32,000 nt of DNA from contig NZ_MPKA01000086.1 of assembly GCF_001945605.1 (NCBI RefSeq), forward strand, positions 1-32,000, in the 5' to 3' direction. The stretch's first letter is position 1. Each line of letters begins with the position of its first letter. The notes below the pieces were generated by a model that was not told the origin of the DNA, ran no database searches, and saw only the letters and a program-made list of their open reading frames with translations. This DNA comes from Dubosiella newyorkensis (lineage in GTDB: Bacteria; Bacillota_I; Bacilli_A; Erysipelotrichales; Erysipelotrichaceae). Shown in pieces: positions 26,212 through 32,000 of this stretch. A program made the translations under genes and the position numbers.

Positions 26212-26294
26212 AGAATAGGTTTTTGACTGTGTGGTTCGGACACTCCGACCATCCACCCGGTGAAAAACGACAAGAAATAAAGGAGAAAAGAACG

Positions 26295-26561
26295 ATGTTA
26301 TTGAAAGCAGAAAAACAAGCGATCATGAAAGAATTCGCCCGTCATGAAGGAGATACAGGATCGCCTGAAGTACAAGTTGCTGTTTTGACAGAACAGATCA
26401 ACCGTTTGACTGAGCACTTCAAAGAACACAAGCACGACTATCATTCGATGCGCGGTTTGATGAAGATGGTTGGACGTCGTAAAAAGCTTCTCGCATACTT
26501 GAAGAGAATCGACAACGAACGTTATAAAACGTTGATCGCACGTTTAGGTTTAAGAAAGTAA
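26295..26561 (+). CDS. rpsO: 30S ribosomal protein S15
   Basis: The sequence [53 protein letters not shown] is S15. I prefer the start at ATG 26295 (SD AAGGAG at ~26279-26285), giving 88 aa. The ORF-track start at 26223 adds a non-homologous extension. Confidence 0.95.
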   Translation: MLLKAEKQAIMKEFARHEGDTGSPEVQVAVLTEQINRLTEHFKEHKHDYHSMRGLMKMVGRRKKLLAYLKRIDNERYKTLIARLGLRK

Positions 26562-26587
26562 TCGTTTTCACGATTGCTTTTTTTTTG
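26560..26587 (+). terminator. Weak hairpin plus T-run between rpsO and pnp (probable partial terminator or processing site)
   Basis: An AT-rich 5-6 bp stem (AATCG(T) with (A)CGATT) is followed by GC and then T x9. The stem looks too weak for full termination, which fits the rpsO-pnp read-through known in other bacteria. Confidence 0.45.
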
Positions 26588-26633
26588 CCACTATTCGTGG
26601 TATGATTTCATTTGTGAAAAAAGAGGTGAAGAA

Positions 26634-28802
26634 ATGCCGAAACAAGAGTTTCATTATGAATTAGGTGGTCGCAAGATCACGATCGAAACAGGAGAAATCG
26701 CAAAACAAGCCGATGGAGCTGTGATCGTCCGTTATGGGGATACGGTCACATTATCTACGGCGGTTGCAAGCAATACACCGAAAGAAGGGATCGATTTCTT
26801 TCCGCTGACTGTCAGCTTCGAAGAAAAGCTGTATTCGGTTGGAAAGATTCCAGGCGGATTTTTACGCCGTGAAGGCAGACCTAGCGAACATGCCACATTG
26901 AGCGCTAGGATGATCGACCGTCCGATCCGGCCGCTTTTCGCGGAAGGATTCCGCAATGAAGTGCAAGTCGTCAATACGATTTTGAGTGTCGATCAAGACG
27001 CGAGCGCCGAAATGGCGGCGATGCTAGGCGCTTCCTTAGCGCTTTGTATTTCCGATATTCCTTTCAATGGACCAATTGCTGGAGTCAAGGTAGGCCGGAT
27101 CGATGGGGAACTGATCGTCAATCCAAGCGCTGAGCAAAGCGAGAAAAGCGATATCGATTTAACGGTCGCTGGAACAAAATACGCGTTGAATATGGTCGAA
27201 GCCGGCGCCAAAGAAGTCAGCGAGCAAGAAATGCTCGACGCCTTGATGTTTGGCTTTGAAAATGTAAAAAAGCTATGCGAGTTCCAAGAAACGATCATTG
27301 AGAAGATCGGGAAACCAAAACGCGATATTCCTCTTTTCCAATTCGACGCCGATGTGGAAAAAGAAGTGCGCGAAAATTTCGAACAGGCGATTCGAGAAGC
27401 GGTATCGATCGAAAAGAAGCTAGAACGCTACGAAAAAATCGACGAGATCACAGCCCAAGCCGTTTCGTCGTTTGAAGAAAAAGAATATGAAAACGAAAAA
27501 GAGAAAGCCGCGATCTTAAAACAAGTTGCCGCGCTTTGCCATCAAATCGAAGCCGATGAAGTGCGTCGCTTGATCATCGAAGACAAGATCCGCCCGGATG
27601 GAAGAAAGATCGACGAGATCCGCCCATTGGATTCCCAAGTCGATTTGCTCCCACGAGTGCATGGAAGCGCACTATTTACGCGCGGCGAGACCCAAGTGCT
27701 ATCAACGACGACTTTAGGGGCCTTGAATGAAAACCAGATCATTGACGATTTGACGGAAGTCGAATCCAAACGTTTCATGCACCACTACAATTTCCCTCCA
27801 TATAGCGTAGGCGAAACAGGTCGTATGGGAAGTCCTGGACGTCGTGAGATCGGTCATGGGGCTTTAGGAGAAAGAGCGCTTTCCCAAGTACTTCCTAGCC
27901 AAGACGAGTTTCCTTACACGATCCGTACGGTGGCGGATGTTTTAGAAAGCAATGGCTCTTCCTCGCAGGCGAGCATTTGCGCTGGATCGATGTCATTGAT
28001 GGCAGCGGGCGTTCCGATCAAAGCACCAGTGGCGGGGATCGCCATGGGATTGATCATGGATGAAGAGTCTGGAAATTATACGGTATTAACCGATATCCAA
28101 GGAATGGAAGATCACTTTGGCGACATGGATTTTAAAGTCGCAGGAACCGCAGAAGGGATCACCGCTTTGCAGATGGATATCAAAGTCAACGGGATCACGA
28201 AGGAGATCTTTGATGAAGCGCTCCAACAAGCTCATAAAGCTCGTTTGGAAATCTTGAAAAACATGGAAGGCGCGATTTCTAAGCCTAGAGAAGAATTGTC
28301 CAAATACGCACCGAAGATCGCTATGATGCAGATCGACCCGGACAAGATCAAAGATGTGATCGGACCAGGCGGTAAGATGATCAATCAAATCATCGCAGCT
28401 AGCGACAATGTCAAGATCGATATTGACGATGATGGCAAAGTCGTGATCTATCATACGGATCAAGCGGCGATCGATCATGCCAAAGAAATGATCCAAGAGA
28501 TCGTGCGCGAAGCCAAGGTCGGGGAAGTCTATGCGGCAAAAGTTGTTCGTCTTGAAAAGTTTGGCGCATTTGTCAACTTGTTCGGACACACGGATGGTCT
28601 GCTCCATGTCTCCAAGATCTCGCATAATCGTGTCGATAAAGTCGAAGATGTCTTGAAGGTTGGGGACATTATCGATGTGAAAGTGATCGAGATCGACAAC
28701 AAAGGACGGATCAATGTCTCAGCCAAGGCACTGCTTCCAAAACCAAAAAAAGTCGAGCATCCGCATCATAAAGAAGAAAACGAAAAACCAAAAGAACAAT
28801 AA
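26634..28802 (+). CDS. pnp: Polyribonucleotide nucleotidyltransferase (PNPase)
   Basis: Two RNase PH domains are present ([30 protein letters not shown]; [34 protein letters not shown]), followed by [13 protein letters not shown], a KH domain ([15 protein letters not shown]) and an S1 domain ([21 protein letters not shown]). I prefer the start at ATG 26634 (MPKQEF), with SD AGAGGTG. Confidence 0.97.
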   Translation: MPKQEFHYELGGRKITIETGEIAKQADGAVIVRYGDTVTLSTAVASNTPKEGIDFFPLTVSFEEKLYSVGKIPGGFLRREGRPSEHATLSARMIDRPIRPLFAEGFRNEVQVVNTILSVDQDASAEMAAMLGASLALCISDIPFNGPIAGVKVGRIDGELIVNPSAEQSEKSDIDLTVAGTKYALNMVEAGAKEVSEQEMLDALMFGFENVKKLCEFQETIIEKIGKPKRDIPLFQFDADVEKEVRENFEQAIREAVSIEKKLERYEKIDEITAQAVSSFEEKEYENEKEKAAILKQVAALCHQIEADEVRRLIIEDKIRPDGRKIDEIRPLDSQVDLLPRVHGSALFTRGETQVLSTTTLGALNENQIIDDLTEVESKRFMHHYNFPPYSVGETGRMGSPGRREIGHGALGERALSQVLPSQDEFPYTIRTVADVLESNGSSSQASICAGSMSLMAAGVPIKAPVAGIAMGLIMDEESGNYTVLTDIQGMEDHFGDMDFKVAGTAEGITALQMDIKVNGITKEIFDEALQQAHKARLEILKNMEGAISKPREELSKYAPKIAMMQIDPDKIKDVIGPGGKMINQIIAASDNVKIDIDDDGKVVIYHTDQAAIDHAKEMIQEIVREAKVGEVYAAKVVRLEKFGAFVNLFGHTDGLLHVSKISHNRVDKVEDVLKVGDIIDVKVIEIDNKGRINVSAKALLPKPKKVEHPHHKEENEKPKEQ

Positions 28803-28809
28803 GATTCTG

Positions 28810-28837
28810 CCGTCTGTATGAACAGGCGGTTTTTTTT
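28810..28837 (+). terminator. Intrinsic terminator after pnp
   Basis: A 7-bp stem (CCGTCTG at 28810-28816 with CAGGCGG at 28823-28829, including one G-U pair) has a 6-nt loop and is followed by T x8. Confidence 0.85.
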
Positions 28838-28879
28838 CATGTCCAATCTGTGTTAAAATAATCCGTAAGAGGTGGAACT

Positions 28880-30268
28880 ATGGACTTTTTAAATCTTGCG
28901 AAAGAATATGAATCTAGTTATCTAGAAGATCTAAATACACTAGTCTCGATCCATTCGATCAGAGACTTATCAACCAAAACCAATTCAGCCCCTTTTGGCC
29001 AAGGTCCGCGCCAGGCGCTTGACGCTTTTTTAGAAATGGGCAAAAGAGATGGCTTTGATACAAAAGATATCGATGGCTATGCTGGCGTGATCAGCTATGG
29101 AGAGCAAAAAGATACCGTTGGCATCTTAGGGCATCTTGATATCGTCCCGATCGGCGAAGATTGGAGCAAAGAACCTTTAAAGGTCACACTCGATGATGGG
29201 TATGTGTTTGGTCGAGGGGTCATGGACGATAAAGGGCCTACCTTGGTTGCCTATTACGCGTTGAAATTGCTCAAGGATCATCGCGTTCCTTTAAAAAAAC
29301 GCGTCATGCTCATTGCAGGATGCGATGAAGAATCAGGGATGGAATGCATCCAATATTATAAAAAGCATGCAGAGATCCCGCAGACCGGTTTTGTTCCGGA
29401 TGCGGATTTCCCGGTGATCTATGGAGAGAAAGGGGGCGCCCATGTCACTTTGAGCTCGAAAGATGATACGGTGATCAAAAAAATGAAAGCGGGAACGCGT
29501 CCCAATATCGTGATCGGGAAAGCGGATTGCATTGTTCCTTCGATTACCGATCAGCAAAAAGAACAATTCGAATTCTACTTGAAAACCAACGATTTGAAAG
29601 GCTCGATCCAAGAAGTCGAAGAAGGAATCCAGCTTCATATCGATGGGATCTTTTCCCATGCCGCTTGGCCATATAATGGCGTCAACGCGGCTCTCCATTT
29701 ATTGAATTTTGTCGGATGCGCCTTTAACGACACGCTCTCTAGCGATCTGTATTCTCTGCTCAAAGACTGGCAAGGAAAACCGGAACACCTCAATATCGAT
29801 GGCGAATATATGGGCTTTTTAACGATGAGTACTGGGATCGTCGATATTGAAAACGATCAAACGAGTGTATTGATCGATATCCGCTATCCAAACGATATCG
29901 ATGCTAATACGATCGTCGAGCGATTTGAAGATGCGTGTAAAGCGCTCAAATCAAACATCGAAGTGCACTTGGATTCGGACATGGTGCCTATGTTTGTCGA
30001 TCCATCTTCACCTCTCGTGACTGAATTGATGAACGTGTATCAAAAATATACGAAAGATATGTTCCATGGGCCAAAGACGATCGGCGGCGGCACCTATGCT
30101 CGTATGTTCGATAACTTTGTCTCCTTTGGGCCAGAGCTTCCTTTTGAAGAAAAGAGCACGGAGCAATTTGTTGGCGGTCCGCACCAAAGGGATGAAGGTG
30201 CAAAGCTAGCGAATTTGATCCAAGCGATCGCCATCTACGCGGATGCGATCCTCGCTTTGGCAGGGTAG
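28880..30268 (+). CDS. pepV: Dipeptidase PepV (M20 family metallopeptidase)
   Basis: M20 metal and catalytic motifs are present (GILGHLDIVP, GRGVMDDKGP, GCDEESG). The PepV-type lid domain is present, and the C-terminus is GGGTYAR...HQRDE. Length is 462 aa. Confidence 0.9.
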   Translation: MDFLNLAKEYESSYLEDLNTLVSIHSIRDLSTKTNSAPFGQGPRQALDAFLEMGKRDGFDTKDIDGYAGVISYGEQKDTVGILGHLDIVPIGEDWSKEPLKVTLDDGYVFGRGVMDDKGPTLVAYYALKLLKDHRVPLKKRVMLIAGCDEESGMECIQYYKKHAEIPQTGFVPDADFPVIYGEKGGAHVTLSSKDDTVIKKMKAGTRPNIVIGKADCIVPSITDQQKEQFEFYLKTNDLKGSIQEVEEGIQLHIDGIFSHAAWPYNGVNAALHLLNFVGCAFNDTLSSDLYSLLKDWQGKPEHLNIDGEYMGFLTMSTGIVDIENDQTSVLIDIRYPNDIDANTIVERFEDACKALKSNIEVHLDSDMVPMFVDPSSPLVTELMNVYQKYTKDMFHGPKTIGGGTYARMFDNFVSFGPELPFEEKSTEQFVGGPHQRDEGAKLANLIQAIAIYADAILALAG

Positions 30269-30273
30269 TCGAA

Positions 30274-30909
30274 ATGCGGATGCGAAAAGTGCCGTGGGCT
30301 GTCGAGTATTTAGAAAAGAGCCAGCGGTTGGAAAAAGAGCCAGCAAAATGGAAAGGGAAATGGCATAACCGTCTTCATACAAAAGATCTACATGTCGAGA
30401 TCGGATGCGGCAAGGGGCAATATTCGCTCGATATGGCGAAGATGTATCCAGAAAGCGGCTTTATCGCCATCGAAAAAAACGAAAGTGCCAGCGGGATCGC
30501 CGCTAAAAAATTCGATGAAGATCCAGCTGAGAAAAAACTGGCTCTGATCGTAGAAGACGCGGCGGATCTTGGCGAGTGGTTCAAGGAAGGGGAAGTGGAT
30601 GTCATTCATTTAAACTTCTCGGATCCGTGGCCAAAAAAACGCTACGCCAAGCGTCGGCTTTCTTCCGATTCCTTTATCCGACAATACCTTCAAGTGCTCA
30701 GCGATTCGGGAAGGATCGAAATGAAAACAGACAATGGAGCTCTTTTTGAGTACTCGGTTTTGATGTTTTTGGATTATGGATTCCGATTGAAGGATTTTCA
30801 AGTCGACTTTCGAAAAGAAGAGCATCCAGAGGATGCGATCACGGAATACGAAGCGAAATTTATTGAAAAAGGACAGCCGATCTATCGTGCTGTCTTCCAA
30901 AAGAAATGA
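30274..30909 (+). CDS. trmB: tRNA (guanine46-N7)-methyltransferase
   Basis: The SAM-binding motif VEIGCGKGQY is present, along with NFSDPWPKKRYAKRRL and DAITEYEAKF, all typical of TrmB. Length is 211 aa. Confidence 0.94.
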   Translation: MRMRKVPWAVEYLEKSQRLEKEPAKWKGKWHNRLHTKDLHVEIGCGKGQYSLDMAKMYPESGFIAIEKNESASGIAAKKFDEDPAEKKLALIVEDAADLGEWFKEGEVDVIHLNFSDPWPKKRYAKRRLSSDSFIRQYLQVLSDSGRIEMKTDNGALFEYSVLMFLDYGFRLKDFQVDFRKEEHPEDAITEYEAKFIEKGQPIYRAVFQKK

Positions 30910-31259
30910 GAATAGATATGAAATCGATAGAAACAATTGAACAGTTTGAACAAGTTTTAAAACAGCCAGGGATCCATGTGTTCCTTTTTACAGCCAATTG
31001 GTGTTCTGATTGTGTATATATTAAGCCATTCATGCCATCCCTTGAACAAAAGTACGAAGAGGCTATGGATTTTTACAGTGTTGACCGCGATCAATTACTT
31101 GATCTTGCGATCGAGCAAGGAATCATGGGGATCCCTAGTTTTATCGCTTATAAAGATGGAAAACGAATCGCATCTTTCATTTCTTCTCTTCGCAAGAGCG
31201 AACAAGAAATCGATGCGTTTTTACAGGATACACGCAACAAGGGGGAAAAAGAATGTTAA
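30906..31259 (+). CDS. Thioredoxin-family protein (YtpP-like) with WCSDC active-site motif
   Basis: The thioredoxin fold signature is FLFTANWCSDCVYIKP...GIMGIPSFIAYKDG, including the cis-Pro loop (IPS). An ATGA overlap links it to trmB. The alternative start is ATG 30918. Confidence 0.85.
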   Translation: MRIDMKSIETIEQFEQVLKQPGIHVFLFTANWCSDCVYIKPFMPSLEQKYEEAMDFYSVDRDQLLDLAIEQGIMGIPSFIAYKDGKRIASFISSLRKSEQEIDAFLQDTRNKGEKEC

Positions 31260-31921
31260 AAGATTTAATGCATGCGATCTTCAAAGAGGATGTTGAAGAT
31301 GAGTTGGATGAAAATGGAGAAGAGACGATCCATGAAGAAATAGAAGAAACGCAAGCGCCACTTCAAGAAGAAACGCCGATTTTGCATACTCCGCCAATCG
31401 TAGAACAGCCAATCGTCGAAAATATCGAAAACGTCCATGAAACCTATGTCAATAAAGAAGAAGCTAAAGAAGAAGCGCCTGCTTCGCCAGGCTTATTCGA
31501 AGGCTTGGATGTAGATTCGATCGCTTCAAAACCAAAATCAAGCAAAAATCCGTATCATTTCGATCGTTCTAAGCTTGGCCGCAAACGCAAGCAAGTCGAT
31601 GAGATGGAGTATCAAGCGGTGATCTCTCCAATTTTTGGAAACATGGAGGATTCTCAAAAACAATTCGATAAAGTTCATGACGCTATCCAGCTTCCTAAAC
31701 CGGAAAACGACACCGATCTTGTCGAGATCATCTCGCCAATGTATGGAAACAATATTCCTGCGCCTAAGCCTGTGGAATCGATCCCAAGCTATCAAGAAGT
31801 GAAGAAGAAAAGCGAGAAGCCGAAGATGAATCTAGATGATATGCTCGCTCCAGCAAAACAAGAGACGACAGAACTTGAGCTCGATGAAAGCGTGAGCGCG
31901 AAAAAGAAGGCGAAGCAATAA
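31253..31921 (+). CDS. Hypothetical acidic, low-complexity protein with a duplicated ISP[IM][FY]GN motif
   Basis: This 222-aa ORF overlaps its neighbours by 7 nt upstream and 1 nt (TAATG) downstream, consistent with an expressed operon member. It is strongly acidic and E/P/K-rich, and I recognised no family. The call rests on ORF length, the same GATC-rich sequence style as the neighbouring genes, and gene packing. Confidence 0.6.
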   Translation: MLKDLMHAIFKEDVEDELDENGEETIHEEIEETQAPLQEETPILHTPPIVEQPIVENIENVHETYVNKEEAKEEAPASPGLFEGLDVDSIASKPKSSKNPYHFDRSKLGRKRKQVDEMEYQAVISPIFGNMEDSQKQFDKVHDAIQLPKPENDTDLVEIISPMYGNNIPAPKPVESIPSYQEVKKKSEKPKMNLDDMLAPAKQETTELELDESVSAKKKAKQ

Positions 31922-32000
31922 TGGCATATCATTTTATCGGAATCAAAGGAACAGGCATGGCTGCGCTAGCTGAGATCTTGCACGATGAAAAGAAAGAGGT
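31921..32000 (+). CDS. murC: UDP-N-acetylmuramate--L-alanine ligase, N-terminal fragment (continues beyond the window)
   Basis: The translation MAYHFIGIKGTGMAALAEILHDEKKE matches the MurC N-terminal nucleotide-binding motif (HFIGIxGxGMSxLA). Confidence 0.85.
   Translation, partial: MAYHFIGIKGTGMAALAEILHDEKKE

Noticed and set aside
28086-28625. A 179-aa ORF on the - strand inside pnp. Similar antisense ORFs occur at 6221-6703 (in guaB), 4586-5008 (in pulA), 14066-14479 (in alaS) and 10483-11056 (in mnmA/recD2).
   Set aside because: All are antisense to long, homology-supported genes and have no SD or family signal. The GATC-rich, palindrome-rich coding style of this genome keeps reverse frames open by chance.
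30976-31296. A 106-aa alternative-frame ORF on the + strand
   Set aside because: It overlaps the thioredoxin-like gene in another frame. The thioredoxin frame has a clear fold signature (WCSDC, cis-Pro loop), and this frame has none.
1-32000. CRISPR arrays, IS elements, prophage or defence-island content
   Set aside because: I saw no spaced direct repeats, terminal inverted repeats, or transposase, integrase or phage-like ORFs anywhere in the six-frame track. Every long ORF is accounted for by housekeeping functions except the 7142-9467 pair and the 31253-31921 ORF.

Overview
This window is a core-genome segment from a low-GC Firmicute, at roughly 43% GC by eye. Gene content and order resemble the Bacillus yrr/yqe/ytp neighbourhoods, and the protein sequences look Erysipelotrichia- or Bacilli-like, but the taxon cannot be fixed from the sequence alone.

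The window opens at the 3' end of an rRNA operon (23S tail plus 5S). It then runs almost entirely on the + strand through these genes: cls, fumC (-), a type I pullulanase, guaB, an unusual two-gene module, tRNA-Leu(CAA), mnmA, recD2, a T-box leader plus alaS, ireB-like, ruvX, DUF1292, mltG, greA, comEA, comEC, holA, rpsT (-), fmt, lepA, hemW, rpsO, pnp, pepV, trmB, a thioredoxin-like gene, an acidic repeat-motif protein, and the first codons of murC.

I saw no transposase, integrase, prophage genes, CRISPR array or long repeats.

Two things stand out:
1. At 7142-9467, a 14-nt-overlapping gene pair is built from class III ribonucleotide-reductase parts but has no reductase. The first gene fuses a MarR wHTH to an NrdG-like radical-SAM domain. 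The second carries an ATP-cone followed by about 310 aa that I cannot assign. I do not recognise this architecture as described.
2. The tetranucleotide GATC is enriched about five-fold across the window, in coding and non-coding sequence alike (hand counts).

Everything else is ordinary housekeeping with textbook regulatory elements: an Ala T-box, intrinsic terminators, and extended -10 promoters. Start codons for several genes (cls, the MarR fusion, ireB-like, mltG, holA, rpsO, pnp) were chosen by eye from SD spacing and are less certain than the gene calls themselves.
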